From the NCBI GenBank assembly GCA_037142555.1, contig JBAXAJ010000003.1, forward strand, positions 13,589 to 77,588: a stretch of DNA of 64,000 nucleotides, read 5' to 3'. Position 1 is the first letter of the stretch. Every line of letters starts with the position of its first letter. Source of the stretch: Candidatus Shapirobacteria bacterium (GTDB lineage Bacteria; Patescibacteriota; Microgenomatia; UBA12405). The notes below the pieces were generated by a model. The model was given only the letters and a program-made list of their open reading frames with translations, ran no database searches and had not been told where the DNA came from. Shown here piece by piece: positions 47,506 to 57,534 of this stretch. A program made the position numbers and the translations under genes.

Positions 47506-47835
47506 ATGAAAAAAAAAATAAAAACCAGATTCACCCTAAAATCATTAATTAGACTAATAATCTTTTTAGCCATAATCTATCTTCTAATAAGCTTCATTTC
47601 TCTCCAAAAACCACTTAAAATACCAACTTTTAATAACCCAAATAAAGTTGAGAATATAAACTTAAATCCAAATATAGATCTAGGTCAAAATCAAGCAATG
47701 ATTTTTATCCAAGATAAATTTAATGAACTTAAAAAATTAAGTGAAGGCTTCCCTCAAAAACAAATCAAAGAAATCCAAAAAATGGTAGTTAAAAACATTT
47801 ATGATGATACGATAAAAAAGATCGATTCTAATTAA
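47506..47835 (+). CDS. hypothetical single-TM protein
   Basis: Basic N-terminus plus TM segment. Confidence 0.6.
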   Translation: MKKKIKTRFTLKSLIRLIIFLAIIYLLISFISLQKPLKIPTFNNPNKVENINLNPNIDLGQNQAMIFIQDKFNELKKLSEGFPQKQIKEIQKMVVKNIYDDTIKKIDSN

Positions 47836-47837
47836 TA

Positions 47838-48911
47838 ATGGCCTTAATATCCGAATTTAAAACAAAACTAGAAGTACTTAAAAGCAAATTGTCCTATCAA
47901 GATAATTTAACTAAATTAATTAATCTTAAAAAAGAATCAGAAAACCCTAACATCTGGGATAACCCTCAACTTGCTCAAGAAACCATGCAACAACTTTCAG
48001 ACCTTCAAAAAAGCGTTGATAATATTAAAGAAATTGAAACAGAAATCTTAAATCTAGAAGAATTTGAAACTCTATTAAAAGATCAATCAGAAAAATCACT
48101 AGAAGATGAACTAAATAATTCACTAGAACTATTAGAGAAGAAAATCAAAAGCCTAGAACTCCAAACTTATCTATCAGGCAAATATGACTCTAAGAGTGCC
48201 TTATTTTCAATTCACTCTGGTCAAGGTGGAACTGAAGCCATGGATTGGGCCGCCATGCTTCAAAGAATGTACATGAAATATTTCGACAAAAAAGGCTGGA
48301 AATATGAAGTTCTTGATATTCTTCCTGGAGAAGAAGCTGGAATCAAAGCTGTCTATCTAAAAATTAATCAAGCTTTCTCTTATGGTTATTTAAAAAATGA
48401 AGATGGTGTCCACCGTCTAGTCAGACTTTCTCCCTTCAATGCCGACCAATTAAGACAAACTTCTTTTGCAAAAGTTGAAGTTGCTCCATTCATTGACAAC
48501 AGTTCTGATATAAAAATCAGTCCTGATGATATTGAATTTTCTGCCTATCGATCTGGTGGTTCTGGTGGTCAAAACGTCAACAAAGTCAGCACTGCTGTCA
48601 GAATTGTTCATAAACCAACTGGGATTGTGGTCACTTGTCAAAGTCAACGGTCTCAAGATCAAAACCGAGAATTAGCCATGCAAATGTTAAATTCTAAACT
48701 GTGTATTCTCGAAGAAGAAAAACAAAATAAAGAAAAGAAAGATATAAAAGGGGACAACATTTTAGCTGGATTTGGCCACCAAATCAGATCTTATGTTCTA
48801 CACCCTTATAAAATGATTAAAGACCTTCGAACCCGTTATGAAACCTCAGACACCATTGGTGTCCTAGATGGAGACCTTGACGCCTTCATAGAAGCTGAAT
48901 TAAAATTATAA
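47838..48911 (+). CDS. prfB: peptide chain release factor 2 (no frameshift)
   Basis: GGTEA.DW, SPF tripeptide, GGQ; continuous ORF. Confidence 0.96.
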   Translation: MALISEFKTKLEVLKSKLSYQDNLTKLINLKKESENPNIWDNPQLAQETMQQLSDLQKSVDNIKEIETEILNLEEFETLLKDQSEKSLEDELNNSLELLEKKIKSLELQTYLSGKYDSKSALFSIHSGQGGTEAMDWAAMLQRMYMKYFDKKGWKYEVLDILPGEEAGIKAVYLKINQAFSYGYLKNEDGVHRLVRLSPFNADQLRQTSFAKVEVAPFIDNSSDIKISPDDIEFSAYRSGGSGGQNVNKVSTAVRIVHKPTGIVVTCQSQRSQDQNRELAMQMLNSKLCILEEEKQNKEKKDIKGDNILAGFGHQIRSYVLHPYKMIKDLRTRYETSDTIGVLDGDLDAFIEAELKL

Positions 48912-48959
48912 TAATTCTGTTACAATTAATTATTAGCTATTAATTATTAATTAAATAAT

Positions 48960-49439
48960 ATGGATATTCCAAATTTATCTCAACCAATTCAAGAACCAAT
49001 CAAAGCTAAAATATTTTCACCATCAGTTTTGATAATAATATTAGCCCTAGCTATCACGTCCGGCTTTTTCATCTCAAGATTTTTCCCTAGCACCAAAGCT
49101 TCTCTAGTCATTGATGACATCCAACAAAATGCCAGCGGTGCCATTTCAGCTGACACTATTAAAAATAAGGAAGACATCCAAGCAGGTAAACTCTATGGAA
49201 ATGTCGGTGGAACTTTCAAAGATTCTGCCACTGGAACCATCGAAGCTGGAAATATTAACGGAGTTGGAACCCACATTTTAAACAGAGATGGTGGAATTTC
49301 TCAAAGAGCTGCTCTAACTTCTGCCACAGTTGATCTAGATCTATTTGTTGGCCGTAAAGTTGAAATCAAAGGTGAAACTAATGCTTCAACAAAAGTTGGT
49401 TGGTTACTAGATGTCGGCAACATAAAAGTCCTCGAATAA
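48960..49439 (+). CDS. membrane-anchored hypothetical protein upstream of ftsE
   Basis: Single TM followed by beta-rich domain. Confidence 0.7.
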   Translation: MDIPNLSQPIQEPIKAKIFSPSVLIIILALAITSGFFISRFFPSTKASLVIDDIQQNASGAISADTIKNKEDIQAGKLYGNVGGTFKDSATGTIEAGNINGVGTHILNRDGGISQRAALTSATVDLDLFVGRKVEIKGETNASTKVGWLLDVGNIKVLE

Positions 49440-49442
49440 AAT

Positions 49443-50159
49443 ATGAGAATAAAATTTGATCAAGTTAATAAAGATTACGGTTCAATAAGTGCTCTAAAAG
49501 ATTTTACTTTAGACGTTGAACCTGGTGAATTTATCTTTATTGTTGGTCATTCTGGAGCTGGAAAGTCAACAATTCTAAAATTAATTTTGAATCAAATCAA
49601 TCCAAGTTCAGGAGAAGTAATGATTGATGATATTTATCTTAATAATGGTAAAAAAGAAGAAATAGACCATATCCGAAAAAAAATTGGTGTAATTTTCCAA
49701 GACTATCAATTAATTACAGACAAAACAGTTGAAGAAAACATTGGCATTTGTCTTGATATTGTTGAATTCCCAAAAGACCAAATTCTCTCAAAAATTGATG
49801 ATGTAATTAAAAAAGTAGACCTACAAGATCGACGTAATCTTTTCCCAGCTCAACTATCAGGTGGTGAACTCCAAAGAGCTGCCCTAGCTCGAGCTCTAGC
49901 AGTTGAACCAAGAATAATTCTAGCTGATGAACCAACCGGAAATCTTGACATGGATAATTCTTGGAATTTAATTAAACTCTTAAAAGACATTAATGAAAAC
50001 GAAAAAACAACAATAATCATGACTACTCATGACATGAGCATCATTGATTCACTAAATAAAAGAGTCATTAAACTCGAAAATGGAGAAATGATGGAAGATA
50101 AAAAAGAAATTAAAACTGAAAAAAAAGCTAAAAAAAATATAAGTTCAAAAAAAGAATGA
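49443..50159 (+). CDS. ftsE: cell division ATP-binding protein FtsE
   Basis: GHSGAGKST, IFQDY, LSGGE, ADEPTGNLD; adjacent to ftsX. Confidence 0.92.
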   Translation: MRIKFDQVNKDYGSISALKDFTLDVEPGEFIFIVGHSGAGKSTILKLILNQINPSSGEVMIDDIYLNNGKKEEIDHIRKKIGVIFQDYQLITDKTVEENIGICLDIVEFPKDQILSKIDDVIKKVDLQDRRNLFPAQLSGGELQRAALARALAVEPRIILADEPTGNLDMDNSWNLIKLLKDINENEKTTIIMTTHDMSIIDSLNKRVIKLENGEMMEDKKEIKTEKKAKKNISSKKE

Positions 50160-51028
50160 CCATCCTAAAAACAACTTGGCATCACATCAGAAGATCACCT
50201 TTCCAAAGCATGGTAGCAATCATCGCCATGATCGCTTGTTTCTTCGCTATTTCTTTCTATGCCATCATCAGTGATGGTCTATCCACAGTCATAAAATACT
50301 TTGAAACTAAACCTGAAGTAACTATCTTTTTAAAAGATGGGCTTGACACTAACGCCATCCAAACCATTCAAAAAGACCTAGCTTCCTACCCAAATGTCAA
50401 AGAAACTAAATACATTTCCAAAGAAAAAGCTCTCTCTATATATAAAGAACAAAATAAAGACAACCCAATGTTAACCGAAATGGTCACCGCCAGCATTCTG
50501 CCAGCTTCTTTTGAAATAATTGTTTCCGATCCAAAAGTTCTAGAACAGATTTATCAAAATTACTCATCAAAAACCAACATTGTTGATGAAGTTATCTATC
50601 AAAAAGATGTCATTAAATCTCTCTTAGAGTGGACTGAAATTATCAAAAGAATAGGGATTTCTATTGCCTTAATAATCGGTTCAATTTCATTTTTAACAGT
50701 TTTCACAATAATCGGGATGAAAGTAACCAATCGAAAAGAAGAAATTCGCATTAGTCGTCTTCTTGGAGCCTCTGCTTTCTATGTCAAAAAACCATTTCTA
50801 CTTGAAGGCATGATCTATGGTGTCACTGGTGCATTAGTTGGTTCACTTTTAAGTTTCATTATTATTACTATTTTAAGATCAAAAATAAACTCATTTTTTG
50901 ATCCAATAATCTTCATCACCAATAAACCTAGTTTCTATCTCCTTGTCTTATCATCTGAAATTCTGCTTGGTTTGATATTAGGTTTTGTCGCCAGTTGGAT
51001 TGGTGCCAGAAGATATATAAAGTTCTAG
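50156..51028 (+). CDS. ftsX: cell division permease FtsX
   Basis: 4 TM, YISKEKAL, LPAS.E, EEI.I.RLLGA, PFLLEG. Confidence 0.92.
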   Translation: MTILKTTWHHIRRSPFQSMVAIIAMIACFFAISFYAIISDGLSTVIKYFETKPEVTIFLKDGLDTNAIQTIQKDLASYPNVKETKYISKEKALSIYKEQNKDNPMLTEMVTASILPASFEIIVSDPKVLEQIYQNYSSKTNIVDEVIYQKDVIKSLLEWTEIIKRIGISIALIIGSISFLTVFTIIGMKVTNRKEEIRISRLLGASAFYVKKPFLLEGMIYGVTGALVGSLLSFIIITILRSKINSFFDPIIFITNKPSFYLLVLSSEILLGLILGFVASWIGARRYIKF

Positions 51029-51037
51029 TAAATCTAG

Positions 51038-52243
51038 ATGACTAAAAAAATATTAATAATTCTTGTCTTATTTTCAAGCCTTTTTTTTTCTAGGCCTAAT
51101 CTAATTTTTGCCGAAGACACTGTCGACTCACTCTCAGCTAAAATTGCAGAATATAGCACAAAATTAACAGAACTTAGTAAATCCAAAAACACTCTAGCCA
51201 ATCAAATTAAAATAATTGATTCAAATGTTGAGTTAACTCAACTTAAAATTACTCAAACAGAAACTAGCATCAAAACTCTAGATGAAGAAATAAATAATTT
51301 ATCTGGCAAAATTGGTCAATTAGATATCTATTTAAACCAACTATCATCTGCTTACATTGTTCAAGTCAGTCAAAATTATAAACTTCAAAAAAGAATTCCT
51401 TCTTTTGCCCTATTTTTCACATCCAGATTTAATAATTTCTTAAATGAATATAAATACCTAGCCACTGTTCAAAAAAACAATCAGGAAAACTTAGTAACTA
51501 TTGAAACAACCAGAACTACTTATGACATTCAAAAAACTGAAAAATCTAAAAAACAAGCTGAAATGGAAGCCTTAAAAAAGACACTAGCTTCTCAACAAAT
51601 AAGTCTTGATAAACAAAAGAAATCTAAAAATATTCTTCTCGAAGCCACTAAAAACGACGAAAGAAATTATCAACAACTACTTTCCCAAGCTCGAGCTCAA
51701 TTAAATGGTTTAAGAAACTTCTCAAGCAGTGCTGGAGGTGGTTCTTGTCTATCAGCATCTCCAGGTAGAGGCAGTGATGGCAATTTCTATTCACAAAGAG
51801 ATCCAAGTTGGTGTCATCAAGTTATTGGTATTTCTAACGACTCTCAAGACACAATTGGAAGCATCGGATGTTATATAAGCAGTCTTTCTATGGTTTTCAA
51901 AAAAGCTGGTTCAGGCATGAATCCATCATCTTATGCTTCGAACCCAGACAATTTTGGTTCAATTCCTAGCTCATACATGTTAGTCAGAAATCCGCCATCA
52001 ATTCCTTCTGGATATAGTTTTAGGCAAACAAGTTACAGTACTAACACAGTTGACAATGAGCTTAAAAGTGGTCGCTATGTAATTGCTGAACTATCAGCTT
52101 TTGCTGGAACTCACTTTGTTGTCATAATCAGTGGCAGTGGCGGTTCCTACAAAATACATGATCCTTGGTATGGCCCAGATATGAGTCTAAATGATCACTA
52201 TGGAACTTCTCTAATCAGAAGTCTTCGTTTAATTACCAAATAA
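51038..52243 (+). CDS. secreted coiled-coil protein with C-terminal C39-like cysteine peptidase domain (PcsB/CwlO-like architecture)
   Basis: Signal peptide, long coiled coil, YSQRDP.W, GCYISS, HFVVI, IHDPW. Confidence 0.8.
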   Translation: MTKKILIILVLFSSLFFSRPNLIFAEDTVDSLSAKIAEYSTKLTELSKSKNTLANQIKIIDSNVELTQLKITQTETSIKTLDEEINNLSGKIGQLDIYLNQLSSAYIVQVSQNYKLQKRIPSFALFFTSRFNNFLNEYKYLATVQKNNQENLVTIETTRTTYDIQKTEKSKKQAEMEALKKTLASQQISLDKQKKSKNILLEATKNDERNYQQLLSQARAQLNGLRNFSSSAGGGSCLSASPGRGSDGNFYSQRDPSWCHQVIGISNDSQDTIGSIGCYISSLSMVFKKAGSGMNPSSYASNPDNFGSIPSSYMLVRNPPSIPSGYSFRQTSYSTNTVDNELKSGRYVIAELSAFAGTHFVVIISGSGGSYKIHDPWYGPDMSLNDHYGTSLIRSLRLITK

Positions 52244-52271
52244 AAATCCCCCACAAAAGCAGGGGATTTTT
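52242..52271. terminator. bidirectional intrinsic terminator
   Basis: AAAAATCCCC-N10-GGGGATTTTT between convergent genes. Confidence 0.8.
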
Positions 52272-52282
52272 AAAAGAGAGGT

Positions 52283-52906
52283 TTAAAAACCTCTTACAAA
52301 TTTTCTCAAATAGAATCCACCAGTTCCAAGTCCTAAGACTAAGGCTGTTTGGATAATCAAAGCACTATTTCCAGTTTTTGGAACTTCAGATTTACCGATG
52401 AAGTAACTAGCATTATCGCTATCACTTAAACCATCGACTTTAACTTCAACATTATTAGTTTCTTTAGTTAAAACATTAAGTTGAGTAGAATTTTGGATTT
52501 TAACTCTGATTAAATAATCTTTAGATTGACCTGGGTCTAATTTATCAATAGTCCATTCAACAGTATTATTATCTTTATTAAAGTTTCCTGGATTAAAAAT
52601 TAAACCTAAATATTTTGGCAACATATCTTTAACATTAATATTGTTTAAAGTTTGATTACCGATATTCTCGACTTTAATTTGGAATTCTAAAACATCTTTT
52701 TCAAAAAAAGTTCTCTTAGAAGCTTCAATATTATCGACATATTGAGAGCCGTCAATAGATCTAAGTTTTTTATCAACAGAGACTTCTTTCTTGTTTTCAC
52801 CTTGAGAATAATATTGAGCGTTTGCTTTAGTTGGTTTAACTAAAGATAAAGCCAATATGATCAAAGCGACCACAGCTATACTTATAGATAAGATTTTATT
52901 TTTCAT
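52283..52906 (-). CDS. DUF11-domain surface protein with sortase signal (VPKTG)
   Basis: Signal peptide; V.N.G...L.NI.V.D.LP DUF11 pattern; VPKTG + TM + RK tail. Confidence 0.82.
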   Translation of the reverse strand: MKNKILSISIAVVALIILALSLVKPTKANAQYYSQGENKKEVSVDKKLRSIDGSQYVDNIEASKRTFFEKDVLEFQIKVENIGNQTLNNINVKDMLPKYLGLIFNPGNFNKDNNTVEWTIDKLDPGQSKDYLIRVKIQNSTQLNVLTKETNNVEVKVDGLSDSDNASYFIGKSEVPKTGNSALIIQTALVLGLGTGGFYLRKFVRGF

Positions 52907-52932
52907 TTATATGTGTTAATAATTTAATTATA

Positions 52933-52965
52933 GGACATTATATGTCCAAATAGGCTATTTGTCAA
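52933..52965 (-). promoter_or_regulatory. consensus sigma70 promoter with palindromic operator
   Basis: TTGACA-N17-TATAAT; GGACAT-N3-ATGTCC overlaps the -10. Confidence 0.75.
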
Positions 52966-53016
52966 GTAAAAATCTAATAATTTTCTTTTTAAACTTTTTT
53001 GTCTTATACTCTACCT

Positions 53017-53745
53017 ATGAATAAATTTTTAATAACTGAGCTTTCAGTTTTTTTCCCTTGCTATAACGAAGAGAAAAACATTAAAAATACTGTTCAAAAA
53101 ACTATTCCTATTCTCAAAGAGAATGCCCAAAAATGGGAAATAATTCTAATTAATGATGGTTCAAGAGACAACACTGCTAAAGTTCTAGAAGAAATTAGAA
53201 AAGAATATCCAACTCAAATTAAAATAATAACCCACAACCCTAATCGTGGCTATGGAGCTTCTCTTAAAAGTGGTCTCTATAATGCTAAATATCAATGGAT
53301 AGCCTTCACAGACGCCGATGGTCAGTTTGATTTCACTGAAGTCACTAAACTCATCAAACAACAACAAAAGACCAACTCAGACATTGTTATTGGCTATTAC
53401 TTAGCTAGACAGGTCTCTAAGGCTGCAATTTTTACCTCAAAAATTTGGGAGTTAATAGTATTTCTTCTTTTTGGTCTCCACGTCACCGACATAGATTGCG
53501 GTTTCAAATTGATCAATAAAAAAGTCATAGATACTATCCCAAAATTAGAAGCCGAAAGGGGAGCTTTCATTAGTAGTGAATTTTTAATCAAATCTAAAAA
53601 AGCTGGATTCAAAATCACTGAAGTCAGTGTCCATCATTATCCTCGAGTTGAAGGCGAAGCTACCGGCAGAAATTTGAATGTAATATTTAAAAGTTTTTCT
53701 GACCTTTTCCGACTTTGGTTTAAAATTAATTTCAAAAATGCTTAA
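53017..53745 (+). CDS. GT2 glycosyltransferase (polyprenol-phosphate sugar synthase-like)
   Basis: PCYNEE, NDGSRD, NRGYG, DADGQ, DIDCGFK. Confidence 0.9.
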   Translation: MNKFLITELSVFFPCYNEEKNIKNTVQKTIPILKENAQKWEIILINDGSRDNTAKVLEEIRKEYPTQIKIITHNPNRGYGASLKSGLYNAKYQWIAFTDADGQFDFTEVTKLIKQQQKTNSDIVIGYYLARQVSKAAIFTSKIWELIVFLLFGLHVTDIDCGFKLINKKVIDTIPKLEAERGAFISSEFLIKSKKAGFKITEVSVHHYPRVEGEATGRNLNVIFKSFSDLFRLWFKINFKNA

Positions 53746-55216
53746 TTTTATTAAAAAGAACTATTTAATAATCGCCATTATTATAATTGCCGCCTTTTTC
53801 AGACTCTATAATATTGGCGGATATATGGAATTTCTAGGTGATCAAGGTCGTGATGTTTCTATTATCAGAAACTTTTTAACTAAAGGCGATTTATTCTTCA
53901 TCGGCCCTCAAACTAGCGTTGGAAACATGTATCTCGGCCCATATTTCTATTACCTAATTGCTCCAAGCCTACTTTTATCTAATTTTAGTCCTCTTGGTCC
54001 AGCTATATTCATTGCTTTAATCAACATAGCCACAGTTTTCTTAATTTTTCTAATCACCAAAAAATGGTTTGATTCAAAAACTGCCTACATTGCCGCCTTT
54101 TTATATGCCATATCTCCAGTAGTAATAAAATATTCAAACTTCATCTGGAACCCAAATATAATGCCTTTTTTTGCCCTTCTATTTATTTATTTTGTTTCCG
54201 AAGCTCTCTTACATAATAAACATAAACATCTAATTTATGCCTCATTAGCCTTCATAATGGCCATTAATTCCCATTACCTAGCTCTAGCACTTCTTCTGCC
54301 AGCTGGTCTTTTTTGGCTCTTTAATTTAATTAAATTTATTAAAAGTAAATCAAAAGAAATTAAACCATTTTTAATTAATACCTTATTTGCGGTAATTATT
54401 TTTATAATATCTCTAACTCCACAAATTCTTTTTGATATTAAACATAATGGTCAAAATATTAAATCAATCTTAACTTTTTTCAATCACAACGATTCTGGCA
54501 TCAAAATAAAACCATTCGAAACTATTAACAAAACCCCAATTTTGTTTAACCAAATTAATACTCGTCTCCTAGCTGGCAAAAACGAAACAGTTGGTCTAAT
54601 AATCAGTATTATTTTTATTATTGGAATTATCTATATTTTTTCTAAAAAAAATCTACGACCTAAAATATCTAATTTATATTTTGTTTTAGTTTGGTATTTA
54701 AGTGGATTAGTATCTTTAGTTCTCTATGGTCAATACATTAATGATCATTATCTATCTTTTCTTTTTCCAGCGGTTTTCATACTAATTGCTTATTTGATTT
54801 CTAAAAACAAAGTTATTGGAATTCCGCTCTTTATTTTAATAACTGTCTTTTCTCTTCTAAATAATCCTTTCCGTTGGTCACCAAACAATCAATTAAGAAC
54901 TGACACTCAAATTGCCGATTTAATAATTTCTAATTCCAACAATCAAGATTTTAATTTTGCCCTACTTGCCAAACAAAATTATGATCCACCATATAGATAC
55001 ATTTTAAATAGCAAAAAAGCTAAGATAGTCGATCTCCCTCAAAATCTAGCAGACCAATTATTTGTCGTTTGTGAACCTTTTAAAATAGATTGTAACCCTA
55101 TTAATAATCCAGAATGGTCAATTGCCGCTTTCGGTTGGGCTAAAATAGAAAATCAATGGGAAATCAGTGGGATTAAAGTTTTCAAGCTTGTTCATAATTT
55201 AGATAACAAAAAATAA
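53738..55216 (+). CDS. ArnT/PMT-like GT-C glycosyltransferase
   Basis: R.YN...F.GDQGRD, GP.FYY, SP....S...WNP; polytopic. Confidence 0.82.
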   Translation: MLNFIKKNYLIIAIIIIAAFFRLYNIGGYMEFLGDQGRDVSIIRNFLTKGDLFFIGPQTSVGNMYLGPYFYYLIAPSLLLSNFSPLGPAIFIALINIATVFLIFLITKKWFDSKTAYIAAFLYAISPVVIKYSNFIWNPNIMPFFALLFIYFVSEALLHNKHKHLIYASLAFIMAINSHYLALALLLPAGLFWLFNLIKFIKSKSKEIKPFLINTLFAVIIFIISLTPQILFDIKHNGQNIKSILTFFNHNDSGIKIKPFETINKTPILFNQINTRLLAGKNETVGLIISIIFIIGIIYIFSKKNLRPKISNLYFVLVWYLSGLVSLVLYGQYINDHYLSFLFPAVFILIAYLISKNKVIGIPLFILITVFSLLNNPFRWSPNNQLRTDTQIADLIISNSNNQDFNFALLAKQNYDPPYRYILNSKKAKIVDLPQNLADQLFVVCEPFKIDCNPINNPEWSIAAFGWAKIENQWEISGIKVFKLVHNLDNKK

Positions 55217-55242
55217 AAAGAAAACCTTGTATAATCAAACAT

Positions 55243-56007
55243 ATGAAATCAATTTCTATAATAATTCCTTGCTATAACGAAGAAAATAATTTAAAAAATG
55301 GTGTTCTAAACGAAGTCTATGATTTTTTAAAAGATCAAAAATATACTTGGGAAGTAGTCATTTGCAATGATGAATCAACTGATAATAGCCTCAAATTAGT
55401 TCAAGATTTTGCTTCAAAACATAAAAACTTTAGAGTTCTAGATCTTCCACATGGAGGCAAACCATCAGCTGTTTGGGGTGGAATTCAAGAAGCTAAATAT
55501 CCGACCATTCTTTTTACCGATATGGATCAATCAACTCCGCTAAAAGAGTTAAATAAACTGTTACCATTTTTTGACAAAGATTATGATGTTGTAATTGGTT
55601 CTCGTGGTCATTCTCGTGAAGGTAATTCTCTAGTCAGAAAGATAATGGCTAAAGGTTTCCTTTTTGGTCGTCGTCTTTTTTTACTACCTAAGATAATTGA
55701 CACTCAATGTGGTTTTAAAGCCATGAAAACTGACCTAGCTAAACAAATATTCCCTAATCTTGAATTTTTCAAAAATAAATCTAAAAAAATTGGTTGGACA
55801 GTTTCTGCTTTTGATGTTGAACTTCTTTTTATAGCTCAAAAATGGGGTTACAAAATTAAAGAAGTTGAAGTTGAATGGAAAAATGAAGATTTAAGCACTA
55901 CAAAAGGGGACGATGGTGCTCGTTTCAAAAAAGAATCACAACAAATGCTTCAAGAGATAATTAGAGTTATCCGCAATGATTTTCAAGGCATCTATGATAA
56001 AAAATAA
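55243..56007 (+). CDS. GT2 glycosyltransferase (Alg5/DPM-synthase-like)
   Basis: PCYNEE, DESTD, DMDQS, IGSR, DTQCGFK, FDVELL. Confidence 0.9.
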   Translation: MKSISIIIPCYNEENNLKNGVLNEVYDFLKDQKYTWEVVICNDESTDNSLKLVQDFASKHKNFRVLDLPHGGKPSAVWGGIQEAKYPTILFTDMDQSTPLKELNKLLPFFDKDYDVVIGSRGHSREGNSLVRKIMAKGFLFGRRLFLLPKIIDTQCGFKAMKTDLAKQIFPNLEFFKNKSKKIGWTVSAFDVELLFIAQKWGYKIKEVEVEWKNEDLSTTKGDDGARFKKESQQMLQEIIRVIRNDFQGIYDKK

Positions 56008-57532
56008 TTTTTTCAAATTTCTTCTTCTAATTTCAATTTGTGCCTTATATTTCTTTTCCCGACTCCAAAATCTAACTTCTATCCCTGTTTTTTGTGATGA
56101 AGGAATTTATATTCGTTGGTCTCAAATAATTAAGAGTGAAGAAACTCTCAGATTTATTCCTCAAACAGACGGTAAGCAACCACTATTCATGTGGTTAAAT
56201 GCCATCACTCTTAAATTTATAAATGATCCTCTAGTCAGTGGTCGAATTATCTCTGTTTTTGCTGGTTTTGGTCTACTTATATTATTGTTTATTTTGACTG
56301 CACTTTTCCTAAATTATGAAGATAAAGAAAAAAATATCTTTAAATTTATTAAAAATAGTTTTTCTAAAAACTTTTACCCCTCAATTCTAACTTCTCTAAT
56401 CTATTGTCTAATCCCTTTTTCTTTTTTCTTTGACAGAATGGCCACAGCTGATAACCTTTTGTCATTTTTTGGCCTTTTAGCTCTAATTTTTGCATTTTTA
56501 TTAGCAAAATATCCAAGATTAGACCTAGCTCTGATTCTCGGTTTTGTTCTTGGTTTATCTTGGCTCACCAAATCTCCAGCCATTTATTTTGTGGTTCTGT
56601 CTATTTTCACTTTTATAATTCTAAACATTAGAAAATTAAAACTAGTTTATCTACCAGTAATATCATCAATAGTAGCTTTTTTAATTTATAACATTCTTCG
56701 TCTTGGCCCTCAATTTCAAATGATTGCTCTCCGTAATAAAGATTATATTTGGTCTCTTTCTGAAGTTTTAAAACACCCTCTAGATCCTTTAATTCCTCAT
56801 TTAATAAATGCTTTTGATTTATATTTTAATTATATTTCTATTCCCTTAATCATTTTTTCTCTAGCTGGATTAATCTTTTATTTCAGAAGTTCTAAACAGG
56901 AAGTTAGAAACTGGAAATTTTTAATTCTCATTGCTTGGTGGATATTACCTTTAATAGCTAATTCAGCTTTGGCAAAAGTTTTTACTGCCAGATATGTTTT
57001 ATTCACTCTACCTCCTCTAATTATTCTAATTTCTATCGGCTTCTATACATTAATAACTAAGATTAAATCAAATTTATTAAAAACAATCTTAATTATTTCT
57101 GTTTTTATTTTAAATATAAATTTTATTTATAATTTATCAGTCAATCCTTTTAATCAAAAATTAGTATCTTCTGAACAAGGCTATCTTTCCGATTGGACAT
57201 CAGGTTGGGGAATTAAAGAAATTTCAGTTTATTTAAAAGAAAGAGCTAAAGAAAAGAATGTCATAGTTGGAACAGAAGGTTATTTTGGAACTCTCCCAGA
57301 TGGTCTTCAAATTTACACTAACAAAACTTCTAATTTAACCATTATCGGTGTTGGTCTAGGTTTTTCTAAAATTCCATCTAATTTAATCAATGCAAAAAAT
57401 TATGGCGATGAAGTTTATTTAATTATGAACCAATCAAGGCTCAATTTATCTCAAGAAGAAATGAATAAAGTAAAAATAATTAAAAAATATCCAAAACCAA
57501 ATAATGACAATTTATTATTAATTCAAATATAA
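55994..57532 (+). CDS. ArnT/PMT-like GT-C glycosyltransferase
   Basis: F.DEGIYIRW, DGKQPLF.W, FFDRMA..D, TK; polytopic. Confidence 0.82.
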   Translation: MIKNNFFKFLLLISICALYFFSRLQNLTSIPVFCDEGIYIRWSQIIKSEETLRFIPQTDGKQPLFMWLNAITLKFINDPLVSGRIISVFAGFGLLILLFILTALFLNYEDKEKNIFKFIKNSFSKNFYPSILTSLIYCLIPFSFFFDRMATADNLLSFFGLLALIFAFLLAKYPRLDLALILGFVLGLSWLTKSPAIYFVVLSIFTFIILNIRKLKLVYLPVISSIVAFLIYNILRLGPQFQMIALRNKDYIWSLSEVLKHPLDPLIPHLINAFDLYFNYISIPLIIFSLAGLIFYFRSSKQEVRNWKFLILIAWWILPLIANSALAKVFTARYVLFTLPPLIILISIGFYTLITKIKSNLLKTILIISVFILNINFIYNLSVNPFNQKLVSSEQGYLSDWTSGWGIKEISVYLKERAKEKNVIVGTEGYFGTLPDGLQIYTNKTSNLTIIGVGLGFSKIPSNLINAKNYGDEVYLIMNQSRLNLSQEEMNKVKIIKKYPKPNNDNLLLIQI

Positions 57533-57534
57533 AT

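Noticed and set aside
47838-47930. prfB programmed +1 frameshift
   Set aside because: The ORF is continuous and full length with no CTT-TGA slippery site.
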